From assembly GCA_965662235.1 (NCBI GenBank), contig CBFIGY010000003.1, positions 160,001-224,000 on the forward strand: DNA of 64,000 nt, written 5' to 3'. Source of the DNA: an uncultured bacterium (GTDB lineage: Bacteria; SAR324; NAC60-12). Positions 40,343 to 50,150 of this stretch are shown in pieces (positions within the stretch are counted from its first letter, which is position 1; every line of letters begins with the position of its first letter). The notes below the pieces were generated by a model. That model did not search any database. It was not told the DNA's origin and worked only from the letters and a program-made list of their open reading frames with translations. The position numbers and the translations under genes were made by a program.

Positions 40343-41287
40343 TTAAATCAGTCCACTAGCAGTGATGCGGTCGGTTACCAGAACATCAATCAAACCACCG
40401 ATCAGGGCTGCACGGATGGCCTCGACCTTGTCCAGTCCACCGGCTAACGCCACCACTCGAGGACACTGCTTAATTTGTTCCAAACTCATGGACACCACCG
40501 GATCCTCATGATCCTGCAGAATGGCCTGCCCCTGAGAATCATAGTAATGCAGACAAATGTCTCCCACTGCGCCCTGCTCCTTGAGGCGAGACACCATTTC
40601 CTGCAAGTAGTTGTTTCCAGAGTCCCGTACCATGGACGAGGGTTCTGTGGACCCGACCCCCACAATCGCAATGTCGATGGAGCTGAACTTCTCGACCACA
40701 CTCCGGACCTCCCGTTCCTGCAGAATCCGCTCTTTTTCCTCAACGGACCGTTCCACACTGTGTGCCGGAAGCAGGTAGGGCTCGCACCCGAGAAGCCGCG
40801 CCAGTGAGTACGTCAGCATGGTCGCATGCAGGTTACCGTTCATGCCCACGCCTCCCAGGATCTGCACCACGCCACCTGCCGCAATGGGAAACGGCAGCAT
40901 GCTTTCCAGCATCGCACGGATCGTTTCGCTCCAAGAGGAAATGCCAATCAGCTCGTCCTTCTTCAGCGTCATCCGGAGGTAATGCATGGCCGCTGTCCCA
41001 ATCGCCGAGCGCAGCGTCCCCAACGGCGGATCGTCCGGAACATCCACCACAATCGCTTGGGTGATGCCATAGCGCTGCTGAATCTTCTCTTCTAAAGAGA
41101 CAAAGATGTTTGCTGGCTGATGGACACTGATCTTCACAATGCCTTCTGATAAACACCGCCCCAGAAACCGAGACACCTGTGACTGCGACAGGTCCAGTTT
41201 TTGGGCAATTTCTTTCTGTTTCAGTCCCTCGTTGTAATACAGCGTCGCCACTTTGACTAAGAGCCGAAGTTCATTTTGAGGAATCAT
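40343..41287 (-). CDS. SorC/DeoR/LsrR-family sugar-binding transcriptional regulator
   Basis: VATLYYNEGLKQKEIA, GISSWSET, AVGDIC, LAGG..K, VLVTD. Confidence 0.92.
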   Translation of the reverse strand: MIPQNELRLLVKVATLYYNEGLKQKEIAQKLDLSQSQVSRFLGRCLSEGIVKISVHQPANIFVSLEEKIQQRYGITQAIVVDVPDDPPLGTLRSAIGTAAMHYLRMTLKKDELIGISSWSETIRAMLESMLPFPIAAGGVVQILGGVGMNGNLHATMLTYSLARLLGCEPYLLPAHSVERSVEEKERILQEREVRSVVEKFSSIDIAIVGVGSTEPSSMVRDSGNNYLQEMVSRLKEQGAVGDICLHYYDSQGQAILQDHEDPVVSMSLEQIKQCPRVVALAGGLDKVEAIRAALIGGLIDVLVTDRITASGLI

Positions 41288-41593
41288 GCGTTCTTCCGAT
41301 GATAAGGCCTGCAAGGGGCGAGGGGGAGGGCATCCCGTGAGAGCCGTTCAGGTTTCAAGCGACCCGGAGCGGTCGCGGCTTTCTGCCTTGGACAGGCGTC
41401 TCTCAAGGAAGGTCTGAAGGGGCAGAAACGGGCACGTCCGGTAAGCCACGCGCCATCAGGGGCGCGCACTCTTCCGACCGCAAAGAGCCCAGCCACCCGG
41501 AAGGCGCATCTGGACTCAACCGGTGACTCAGTCTATCAAGAAACGTGGAGAAATGCTCGCCAAGGCTGCAGCCGAGGAGAAGGCGCTGAGGCG

Positions 41594-43072
41594 TTAGGCG
41601 TCAAAGAGGGTACGGGAGACGGCCTTCTTCCACCCCTCGTAGTGGGCGTCTAGGGCTCCCGGAGGAAGGTTGGGTTCAATGGTTTGCGTCCGGCGCTGGA
41701 GGTGCGCTAAATCGTCACGAGACGGCCACCAGCCCAAAGCTTTTCCCGCCAGGTAACCGGCTCCGATTGCCGAGACCTCCGCAGTCTCATTGCGAATGAG
41801 GGGACGTTGAAGCAGGTTGGCTTGAAACTGCATCAGCCACGCATTGTGGGTGGCTCCTCCATCCACCAGCACTGCATCCAGCGAGGTTCCCGAAAGCTCC
41901 TCCATCAGGTAATAGACGTCCGCGACCTGATAGGCCATGGACTCTAGGGCAGCACGGGCTAGGGTTGCGGGGGTGACGTGGTCCGTAAGCCCCGTAATCA
42001 GGCCCGTTGCCTCCGCTTTCCAGTGCGGTGCGCCCAACCCGGACAAGGCAGGAACAAAATAAGCCCCGTCGTTCCCTTCCTGCTCTGCTGCCAATTGAGC
42101 CAACTCTTCAACGTCTTTTCCCAGAATACGCGCCATGAACCCAACGGCCGCACCCGTGTGGGTGATGTTGCCCTCTAGGGCATACGTAAGCTGACCATCA
42201 TCCCAGGCAACGGTCCGAGCCAGGCGGTAATCCTCTCCGGAAACCTGCGCCACCGGAGTCATCAGGGAGCTACCGGTGCCATATGAGGCTTTGATCATTC
42301 CGGGTAAAAAGCCCCCCTGACCGTAAAGCGATGCATGGGAGTCTCCCACTTGCGAAAGGATGGGGATGCCATCGGGCAAGCCGGAGAATCCACGCGTTTC
42401 CCCCCGCAGGGCCGAAGAAGGCTGAATCGCGGGCAGGCAAGCTCGAGGAATGTCAAAGAGCGCCAGCAGCTCCTCGTCCCAGTCCTGCTCCTGGAGATTG
42501 AAGAGCTGCGTTCGCGAGGCATTGGACACGTCTGTGACAAACTGCTGTCCGCCGGTGAGGTTCCAAACCAGCCAGGTGTCAATGGTCCCACAACACAGCT
42601 CACCGTTTTGGGCCCGGGAGTGTGCTTCTGGAATCTGATGCAGCAGCCACTGAATCTTAGCTGCCGGAAACAACGGATCCACCGGAAGACCGGTTTTGCG
42701 TTGCAGGACCTCTGTGTGACCGTCTGCCACCAAGCGTTTGCAGATCTCGAGGGAGCGACGGCACTGCCAGATCACCACGGGAGAAAGAGGCGTTCCGGTG
42801 GCTCGCTCCCAAAGCAGAATCGATTCACGCTGGTTACTGACCCCAATGCCGGCAATGTCACATGGCCCCGCGGCATCCAAGGCTTGCTGGATCGCGCTCT
42901 GAATGCCTTCTAGGATCGCGCCGGCCTCCTGTTCGGACCAGGCCGGTTGCGGATGCGTGACCTGCAGAGCGTGGGAGCCTTTCGCAAGCATCTGGCCGTC
43001 TCGGGTCAAGCACACGGCCTTGGCATTTGTCGTGCCTTCGTCCAGGGCGAGCAGGATGGGGGTTTGGGTCAT
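41594..43072 (-). CDS. aplK: FGGY carbohydrate kinase, apulose kinase-like
   Basis: LDEGTTNAK, SNQRE, WQCRR, DVSNASRT, GDSH, DGG; follows the split transketolase. Confidence 0.65.
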   Translation of the reverse strand: MTQTPILLALDEGTTNAKAVCLTRDGQMLAKGSHALQVTHPQPAWSEQEAGAILEGIQSAIQQALDAAGPCDIAGIGVSNQRESILLWERATGTPLSPVVIWQCRRSLEICKRLVADGHTEVLQRKTGLPVDPLFPAAKIQWLLHQIPEAHSRAQNGELCCGTIDTWLVWNLTGGQQFVTDVSNASRTQLFNLQEQDWDEELLALFDIPRACLPAIQPSSALRGETRGFSGLPDGIPILSQVGDSHASLYGQGGFLPGMIKASYGTGSSLMTPVAQVSGEDYRLARTVAWDDGQLTYALEGNITHTGAAVGFMARILGKDVEELAQLAAEQEGNDGAYFVPALSGLGAPHWKAEATGLITGLTDHVTPATLARAALESMAYQVADVYYLMEELSGTSLDAVLVDGGATHNAWLMQFQANLLQRPLIRNETAEVSAIGAGYLAGKALGWWPSRDDLAHLQRRTQTIEPNLPPGALDAHYEGWKKAVSRTLFDA

Positions 43073-43141
43073 GATTTTCTCCAGAGTGCAGGCGTCACCG
43101 GTAGCGGTGACACCGATAAAAAGAGGCTGGTTGAGGCACCT

Positions 43142-44095
43142 TCAGCGCAGGCCCTGCTCGTCTAGGAACTGCTTGGCCACCTGAGCAATGCCGTTTGCAT
43201 CAATCTGGTGGTGCTGGCGAGTGGAAGCCCGGTCTCCAGCAACAGCGTACCCGCCATCTTGGATGCCAAGGCGTTTCAATGAGGTCGAAAGGCCGTACTC
43301 AGCAATCACCTCAGCGACTAGGCTCCCGGCCCCGCCGTTGATGTTGTGCTCCTCTGCAGTCACCACCAGAGGGTAAGCCTTCAGCTCATCTGCAAGCGCG
43401 CTCCGGTCACAGGGCCGAATGGACGACAGGCTGAGCACCCCCACCGAGAGGCCTTGTTCCGCCAGCAAAGCCGCAGCATCCACCACCTCATGCACCGTTG
43501 ATCCCAGTCCCACCAGACAGAGGGATGCCCCTTTCCTCAGGGAGTCGATCTTCCCCGGCTGAAACTGGTACCCGGCTTCATGGAGGTACGGCAAGGGCTT
43601 ACCGTCCATGCGAATGTAAGCGGGACCACTGGAACGCAATGCGTAGTCAATGATCTGCTGCGCCTCAAGTGGACAAGAGGGGGCATAGATCTCAATGTTG
43701 CCAAACCCCCGCATGACAGCAATGTCATCAATGCTGTGGTGCGTGCTGGCCAGAGGGCCGTAACTGGTGCCAGCGTTGAGGCCAAACAGCTTCACGTTGG
43801 TGTTGTTGTAACAGATGTCAATCTTGACCTGTTCGTTTGCTCGGGAGACCAGAAACGGGGCAGCGTTGCAGGTACAAGCAATTTTCCCTCCCAATGCCAG
43901 ACCGGCGGCGGTTCCGACCATCACTTGCTCGGCAATGCCAACGTTGATGATGCGGTCTGGGAAGCGCTGAGCAAAGGGGGCAATCTTGGACGTCGAGGTG
44001 GAGTCCGCCACCACCGGGAAGAGGTCCAGCCCGTCCTCAACCGCCTTGATGAAGCAGCGGACCATCACATTGGCTAAGTGCTCTTGATTACTCAT
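43142..44095 (-). CDS. aptB: Transketolase C-terminal subunit, apulose-4-phosphate transketolase B-like
   Basis: VADSTSTSKI, NVGIAEQ, YGPLASTHH, EEHN; resembles recalled AptB sequences. Confidence 0.7.
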   Translation of the reverse strand: MSNQEHLANVMVRCFIKAVEDGLDLFPVVADSTSTSKIAPFAQRFPDRIINVGIAEQVMVGTAAGLALGGKIACTCNAAPFLVSRANEQVKIDICYNNTNVKLFGLNAGTSYGPLASTHHSIDDIAVMRGFGNIEIYAPSCPLEAQQIIDYALRSSGPAYIRMDGKPLPYLHEAGYQFQPGKIDSLRKGASLCLVGLGSTVHEVVDAAALLAEQGLSVGVLSLSSIRPCDRSALADELKAYPLVVTAEEHNINGGAGSLVAEVIAEYGLSTSLKRLGIQDGGYAVAGDRASTRQHHQIDANGIAQVAKQFLDEQGLR

Positions 44096-44918
44096 CTTTC
44101 AACTCCTCAAGGGCCAAGGCGACCTCTTCACCTTTCGGAACCCGATGGTGCCACTCTGGGCGTCCTTCAATAAACGAAATGCCGGCTCCTTTCTTCGTGG
44201 TCGACACCACCACGTTCGGTTTGCCCTGAAACTCCAGACGCTCCAGGGTCTGCACCACGGAGTTCATGTCATTTCCGGAGCACTCAGTGACCGTGAGCCC
44301 AAAGGCACGCCACTTGTCCGGAAGCGGGTCCGTGTTCATGATTTCCTTGGTAGGCCCTGCGAGCTGCAGCTGGTTCCGGTCATTGATGATGATCAGGTTG
44401 TCCAGTTGGTAGTGGGCCGCGACCAGGGCCGCTTCCCAGTTGCTGCCTTCTGCAAGCTCACCGTCGCCAGTCAGAGCATACACCTTGCGGGGGCTGTTGC
44501 TCCGCTTGGCCGCCAAGGCCAGCCCCACCGAAACGGGGAGGCCGTGTCCCAGAGCGCCGGTGTTGAGCTCAATGCCCGGGGTCTTCTGACGGACCGGATG
44601 TCCGGGCAGCTTGGAGTCAAAGTGCTGGTAGGTACTCAGCCAGGCTTCAGGAAAGTACCCGGCTTCGGCCAGCACACAGTAGTACCCACCAACGCCGTGG
44701 CCCTTGGATTGGATGTAAATGTCTCGGTCCGGATCGTTCATCCGATCAGGTGCACAGTTCAGCAACCGAAAGTAGAGGGCCGTGAGGACTTCCACCTGAG
44801 ACAGGTCTGCCCCGGTGTGTCCTCCTGCCGGACTGTTTGCGTTCAGATTGATGATGCGCCGACGAACCGCTCTCGCCTTCTGTTCCAGCTCTGGAACCGA
44901 CAAAGAGAATGGGTTCAT
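44088..44918 (-). CDS. aptA: Transketolase N-terminal subunit, apulose-4-phosphate transketolase A-like
   Basis: NSPAGGHTGADLS, SKGH, LPGHP, TGALGHG, GDGE..EGSNWEA, WHHRVP. Confidence 0.7.
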   Translation of the reverse strand: MNPFSLSVPELEQKARAVRRRIINLNANSPAGGHTGADLSQVEVLTALYFRLLNCAPDRMNDPDRDIYIQSKGHGVGGYYCVLAEAGYFPEAWLSTYQHFDSKLPGHPVRQKTPGIELNTGALGHGLPVSVGLALAAKRSNSPRKVYALTGDGELAEGSNWEAALVAAHYQLDNLIIINDRNQLQLAGPTKEIMNTDPLPDKWRAFGLTVTECSGNDMNSVVQTLERLEFQGKPNVVVSTTKKGAGISFIEGRPEWHHRVPKGEEVALALEELKDE

Positions 44919-44949
44919 GTGCTCTCTTTAGGAAAAATTCAGTCAGGGA

Positions 44950-45738
44950 TTACCAGCAGCAGAACCCACCATCCACAAGCAGGTCGACACCGGTGCAGTA
45001 AGACGAAGCATCACTGGCCAGGAAAATGGCGGGTCCCACCATTTCGTTGACTGATGCCATCCGGGCCATGGGGGTCTGTGCTTCAAATTCTTTGGTCTGA
45101 TGGACCATCTCCGGGCGGGTGTTCATGGGAGTGGCCGTGTAGCCAGGGCTGATGGAATTCACCCGGATGCCTCGCTGCACCCACTCCATGGCCATGCTCT
45201 TGGTCATGTGAATGACCCCGGCCTTGGAGGCATTGTAGTGCACCTGCTCCAGCCCTCGGTTGACGATGACTCCGGACATGGAGGCAATGTTGATGATGCT
45301 CCCAGCCCCGTGTTTCAGCATCGCCTTTGCCTCCTCTTGGCAGGAAAAAAAGACGCCCTTCATGTTGATGTCCATGAGGGTCTGATACTGATCCTCTTCC
45401 ATCTCCTCACAGGGGTTCGCGTTCGCAATGCCGGCAGAGTTGACGGCAATCCGGAGGGCTCCCAGCTCCTGCTCTACTCGCGCCACGGCGTCCTGCAGCA
45501 TCGACTTGGACGTCACATCCGCTTGAATGGCAATGGCCTTGCGTCCTGACTCGGCAATCTGGGAAAGCGTGTCTTGCAGCCCATCGTCTTCCCGCCGGTC
45601 CAGGCAGGCGACATCTGCGCCACATTGAGCCAGGCCCACCGCGATGCGTTGGCCGATGCCGCTCCCGGCACCCGTAACCAGTGCCACACGATCCGTCAGG
45701 TCAAAAAGAGCGGGGGTGTTCAGTTGGTGATTCGGCAT
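44950..45738 (-). CDS. NAD-dependent SDR, polyol dehydrogenase-like
   Basis: TGAGSGIG, acidic CLDRR (NAD preference), NSAG, ASMSG, YNASK, SPGY. Confidence 0.88.
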   Translation of the reverse strand: MPNHQLNTPALFDLTDRVALVTGAGSGIGQRIAVGLAQCGADVACLDRREDDGLQDTLSQIAESGRKAIAIQADVTSKSMLQDAVARVEQELGALRIAVNSAGIANANPCEEMEEDQYQTLMDINMKGVFFSCQEEAKAMLKHGAGSIINIASMSGVIVNRGLEQVHYNASKAGVIHMTKSMAMEWVQRGIRVNSISPGYTATPMNTRPEMVHQTKEFEAQTPMARMASVNEMVGPAIFLASDASSYCTGVDLLVDGGFCCW

Positions 45739-45804
45739 ATTCCTCCTGAAAGTGAATGCATCTCATGAATTCTCAATAAATAGGGTCTCGGCCCAAGGGG
45801 CAGG

Positions 45805-47298
45805 TCATGAGGTCGCCAGCTCCATCACAGAGACATCGCTGATCTCACCCTGTGCCAAGATCCCTGCTTGCCGTCCCTGTGCCATGACCAAAATTCGGTT
45901 GGACATTCCCAGCACCTCCTCAAGGTCAGAACTCACCACCACCACGGCGACCCCTTTGGCCGCCAGATCGTTGATCAGTTCATAGATCGAAGACCGGGCT
46001 CCCACATCAATTCCTCGCGTGGGCTCGTCCAGCACCACCACGCTGGGCTGCTTTGCCAGCCACTTGGCCAGCACCACCTTCTGCTGGTTTCCGCCAGACA
46101 GCTGGTTGGCGTTTTGCTCCGGACGTCCCTTGACTCCGAAGCGGCTAAGGCTGTTTTTGGCGAAATCAAGAGCCTTTTTCTTACGGACCCAGCCCTGAGT
46201 CGCAATGGTCCCTAGGTTCGAGTAAACAATGTTTTCAGCAATGCTGTGACTCAGCACCAGCCCCTGGAGCTTTCGATCTTCCGGAACCAGCACCACCCCA
46301 CGGGAGATCGCATCCTGCGGGTTTCTCGGAGTAATGTCAGTGCCCTTGAGAAACACCGCCCCGGACTGAATGGGATCCGCCCCAGTAAGGGCCCGGACCA
46401 ATTCTGTGCGGCCCGCACCCACCAATCCGGCAATTCCGAAGATTTCCCCTGCGTGCACCTGGAAGTTGACGTCCCGGAAGATCCCATCGACGCCAGCCAG
46501 GCCTTTAACCTCAAGCACCACGTCCTTTCCCGGAACCGGAAGCGGTGGGAAGACCTTTTCTAGGCTCCGTCCCACCATGCTCTCCACAATGGTCCGGACA
46601 GGAATCTTCGCCGAGTCAAACTCCTTCACCTTTTCTCCGTCCCGAAGGACAACGATGCGGTCGGCCACCTGCTTGATCTCTTCCAGACGGTGCGAGATGT
46701 AGATGATGCCCACGCCCTCAGACCGGAGTTTGTCAATTTGCTCAAAGAGGAGCGCAGTTTCTGCTCCTCCCAAAGCCGCCGTTGGCTCATCCAAAATCAG
46801 CAACTTGGCGTTCAAGGTCAGCGCCTTGGCAATTTCAATGAGCTGCTGGTTGGCCGTTGAGAGCCCCTCTACCTTGCGGGTAGCAGGAATCTGCAAACCC
46901 AGTCGCTGCAGCTGCTGAGTTGCATCGGCTTCCATCTTCTGACGGTCCACCATCCCGTTCCGGGTGGGGTAGCGTCCGACAAAGACGTTTTCGGCAATGG
47001 AAAGCTGAGGAAGCAGCCGCAGTTCCTGATGAATGAGGCCAATTCCCGAATCCATGGCGTCTCTGGGGGAGGCCGGTTGATAAGCCTTCCCCAGCCACGT
47101 CATCTGCCCCATGGAAGGGTCAATGGAGCCCGCAATGATCCCGGAGAGAGTGGACTTGCCGGCCCCATTTTCCCCTAGAAGCGCCACCACCTCCCCAGCG
47201 TGGATCTCCAGATCAACGCCCTGCAACACCGTGGTCGGTCCATATTTTTTCCCGACGCCCTGCAGAGAGAGGATCGGAGTCCGTGCTGTGGAGGTCAT
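45805..47298 (-). CDS. Monosaccharide/polyol ABC ATP-binding protein (RbsA-like)
   Basis: GENGAGKST, LDEPT twice, LSGGNQQK. Confidence 0.95.
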   Translation of the reverse strand: MTSTARTPILSLQGVGKKYGPTTVLQGVDLEIHAGEVVALLGENGAGKSTLSGIIAGSIDPSMGQMTWLGKAYQPASPRDAMDSGIGLIHQELRLLPQLSIAENVFVGRYPTRNGMVDRQKMEADATQQLQRLGLQIPATRKVEGLSTANQQLIEIAKALTLNAKLLILDEPTAALGGAETALLFEQIDKLRSEGVGIIYISHRLEEIKQVADRIVVLRDGEKVKEFDSAKIPVRTIVESMVGRSLEKVFPPLPVPGKDVVLEVKGLAGVDGIFRDVNFQVHAGEIFGIAGLVGAGRTELVRALTGADPIQSGAVFLKGTDITPRNPQDAISRGVVLVPEDRKLQGLVLSHSIAENIVYSNLGTIATQGWVRKKKALDFAKNSLSRFGVKGRPEQNANQLSGGNQQKVVLAKWLAKQPSVVVLDEPTRGIDVGARSSIYELINDLAAKGVAVVVVSSDLEEVLGMSNRILVMAQGRQAGILAQGEISDVSVMELATS

Positions 47299-47313
47299 GA
47301 GTCAAAAAGGGGC

Positions 47314-48255
47314 TTACGGGTGATTCTTCGCGTACTCAGCAGCCTGCTCCTGAGTGGTCAGGCGAGCAATGGTGATCTGATCGTCTGCCACCGGTTTGCC
47401 CTGAGCCACCGCAATCGCCGAGTCAACAGCAATGCGTCCCATGGCTTGGGTCCGCTGGGTCGCCGTCACCACAAAGGCACCTTCGCCCTTGGCTAGGTAC
47501 TCTAGGGCAGCGATGTCGCCATCGTACCCACCAATGATCACCTGATCGGTCAGACCAGCCACATCCACGGCCTTGGCCGCGCCCATGGCAATGCCGTCTG
47601 CTTGACCGAAGATCATCTTGACGTTCGGGTGCGCCTGAATGAGGTTCTGTGTGATGGAGAAGCCCTCATCCGGAGACCACATTTGGGTCCACTGCTCGGC
47701 CACCAGCTTAACGCCCGGATTCTCGTTGATCGCCCGCATGCAGCCGGCTGTCCGGTCAATTTCCGGCGTCGTGCCTTTTTGTCCATGAATCATGAACATT
47801 TCGCCACTGCCTCCGGCCCGTTCAATGATCTGTGAGCACACCTGATAGGAGGACTCCACGCTCTCTCCCGCAATGAACGTGTCGCCACGGGCTCCTTCCG
47901 GGTACCGGTCCACGTTGATCACCGGGATGCCTTCGGCACGAGCCAGCCGGGTGGGCACTGCAGCCGCAGCGGCCCCTGCCGGAATGTAGATAAAGGCATC
48001 AATGTTCTGCGTCATCAGATCCTGCACCTGGCTGACCTGAGTCGCGGTGTCGTTCTTGGCATCGACCGTGATCACCTCAATGCCCAACTCAGCGGCATAG
48101 TTTTCCACACCCAGTTTGATCTGATTGAAGAAGTCCGCCTGCAGGTTCGGGACAGCAAGGCCAATTTTTTTGACCTCCTGAGCAGCTCCGGTCAGAGGAG
48201 AGAGCGTGAGGGCAGCCAGGGCAGCCGCAGTGAATAAAGCTTTCAGTAATTTCAT
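47314..48255 (-). CDS. Monosaccharide/polyol ABC substrate-binding protein (RbsB-like)
   Basis: Signal peptide; LQADFFNQIK, PVINVDR, GYDG; AGGAG SD. Confidence 0.92.
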   Translation of the reverse strand: MKLLKALFTAAALAALTLSPLTGAAQEVKKIGLAVPNLQADFFNQIKLGVENYAAELGIEVITVDAKNDTATQVSQVQDLMTQNIDAFIYIPAGAAAAAVPTRLARAEGIPVINVDRYPEGARGDTFIAGESVESSYQVCSQIIERAGGSGEMFMIHGQKGTTPEIDRTAGCMRAINENPGVKLVAEQWTQMWSPDEGFSITQNLIQAHPNVKMIFGQADGIAMGAAKAVDVAGLTDQVIIGGYDGDIAALEYLAKGEGAFVVTATQRTQAMGRIAVDSAIAVAQGKPVADDQITIARLTTQEQAAEYAKNHP

Positions 48256-48424
48256 GTGAAATCTCCTAATTTAGGATAGGAAAAGAAACGTTTGTCCAAG
48301 TTGTGTTTGCAGACAGTAAGAGGAATCCCTCAGTGGGCCTCCTTCCTCCAGTCAGAGCATCATGCCGTTACCTCCTTCTTATCATCAAATGAGTTGGAAA
48401 TTCAGGAGCCGGAGGCCCCTGCTC

Positions 48425-49399
48425 TTACTTCTTGCGCTTCAGGTTTTCCGCAGAAACGGCCAACACGATCACGGCTCCAATCACCACCTGCTGCGTAAAC
48501 GGAGAGATGCCCAAGAGGTTCAGTCCGTTGCGCAGCACTCCGATGATGAGCACCCCGACCAAAGTGCCGCCCACGCCTCCGGTGCCGCCAGTCAGGCTGG
48601 TGCCGCCAATCACCACGGCGGCAATCGTGTCCAGCTCATAGGCAAATCCAGAACTCGGCTGAACCGAATCCAATCGAGCCGCCATCAGGACTCCCGCAAC
48701 TCCAGCCAAGAGGCTTGAGACCACGTACACGAGGACCGTCACCAGCTTGACGTTGATCCCGGCGAGACGAGCCACTTCCGAATTGCCTCCGATCGCATAA
48801 AGCGTTCGTCCCCCTGTGCGGTAACGCTGAAACAGAAAGGCTAGGAGGAAAATCGCCAACATCACCGCAACAGTGATCGTCAACACGCCCCCGTAACGGA
48901 TGATGGCCGCCATGTTGAACCATGGAGGAAAACCGATGATCTGCTGGCCATTTGTGATCATGTTGGCCAACCCACGTGCAATTGACATCATCGCGAGCGT
49001 CGCAATGAACGGCGGAACGTTGAAGCGGGTGATCAGCACTCCGGAAGTCAAACCGGCAACGGCAGAAGCACCCAAGGCCAGCACAATCGCCCAACCCAGC
49101 GCCATCCCCATCTCCACGTTCAAGTACCCCAACACCATCATGGAAAGCGCAAGCACGGACCCAACGGCTAGGTCAATTCCGGCAATCAGAATGACAAACG
49201 TCATTCCTACGGCCATCACCCCCAGCACCGTGATCTGGTCCAAAATGTTCAGAAAGTTCCGGATGGAGAGGAAAGAATCTGTTGCGAAAGTCAGAAAGAT
49301 GCACAACCCGATGAGCCCCAAAAAAGGCCCGGCTCCTCCAATCAGTGACAGGATCGGAATGACAGAATGCCTTCCGTTTTGCGGTGTCTGTTGCTCCAC
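48425..49399 (-). CDS. Monosaccharide/polyol ABC permease (RbsC-like)
   Basis: GIDLAVGS, FIATL, GRTLYAIGGN, ELDTIAAVVIGG; GTG 49399 after GAGGAG. Confidence 0.92.
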   Translation of the reverse strand: MEQQTPQNGRHSVIPILSLIGGAGPFLGLIGLCIFLTFATDSFLSIRNFLNILDQITVLGVMAVGMTFVILIAGIDLAVGSVLALSMMVLGYLNVEMGMALGWAIVLALGASAVAGLTSGVLITRFNVPPFIATLAMMSIARGLANMITNGQQIIGFPPWFNMAAIIRYGGVLTITVAVMLAIFLLAFLFQRYRTGGRTLYAIGGNSEVARLAGINVKLVTVLVYVVSSLLAGVAGVLMAARLDSVQPSSGFAYELDTIAAVVIGGTSLTGGTGGVGGTLVGVLIIGVLRNGLNLLGISPFTQQVVIGAVIVLAVSAENLKRKK

Positions 49400-49533
49400 G
49401 CTTCTCTCCTCATGACCCGGGCTCTGCTCAACGGCACCCCCGGAGGACAATGTACAAAATTGAGGAGCGGCTTCCGCCCACTCCTCTGCTCGCTCCACCG
49501 AGCTCCTTCCTGAAACTCTAGCTATTTATTCTT

Positions 49534-49637
49534 TTTTGAATAAATATTCAAAATGACTCGATTCATCCCTGTTTTGTTGAGAACTTCAGTGAAGATTCCT
49601 GTTCTGAATTTTTATTCAAAAATTTTTATTTATTCAA
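49534..49637. promoter_or_regulatory. Candidate SorC-family operators upstream of the sugar cluster
   Basis: TTTTGAATA-AA-TATTCAAAA (49534-49553); TGAAT-N4-ATTCA (49605-49618); half-site TTATTCAA (49630-49637). Confidence 0.6.
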
Positions 49638-49908
49638 TTCAACTGAAATGAAGTTAGCTGACCGCTTTTTTGAAGTCAACCCCCATCTGTGATTTTTTTG
49701 GTTTCCTGATAAAGCCTAGCCTTGATCACAGGCGCCCCAAATCTGAAAATACTATTTCATTTCAGTAATAAGCATTGAGGATCGCTCTTCACGAAGGGAG
49801 CCTATGCGCTAAAGCCCAGAGGAGGATTTCATCAGAAAGAGGGAAGGCTTTTGCGGGGAGGGAAGAACTTGAGGAAGTGGTGAAAACCACCCTGGAGAGC
49901 TTCAATTA

Positions 49909-49935
49909 AATTTACATAATATTTTTATGTTATTG
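49909..49935 (-). other. dif/Xer-like recombination site (5-bp spacer, imperfect)
   Basis: Minus strand CAATAACATAA-AAATA-TTATGTAAATT. Confidence 0.35.
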
Positions 49936-50005
49936 ATGAGAAGAGAGAAGCAGGAGGGAGGATTGATCCTGAGAGTTTCGTGTGTTACGGTGCCTCTAGA
50001 ATTGA

Positions 50006-50107
50006 ATGAACCTTAATTTGATGGAACCTGCAGCCATTCTCTGGATTGCGGCCACTTCAGGAATAACGATCTTTTTGCTGTTCCTGGAACGAGCCGTGAT
50101 GGTTTAA
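50006..50107 (+). CDS. Candidate 28-33-aa hydrophobic small protein
   Basis: MNLNLMEPAAILWIAATSGITIFLLFLERAVMV*; alternative start 50021. Confidence 0.35.
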   Translation: MNLNLMEPAAILWIAATSGITIFLLFLERAVMV

Positions 50108-50150
50108 GAAAAAAGGAACCGCCCCTTCATCTCCCTCTTTTCCTTGGACG

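Noticed and set aside
41594..43072. Glycerol kinase glpK
   Set aside because: DEGTTN and WQCRR differ from GlpK DQGTTS and WQDRR-type motifs; context is a split transketolase, with no glpD/glpF
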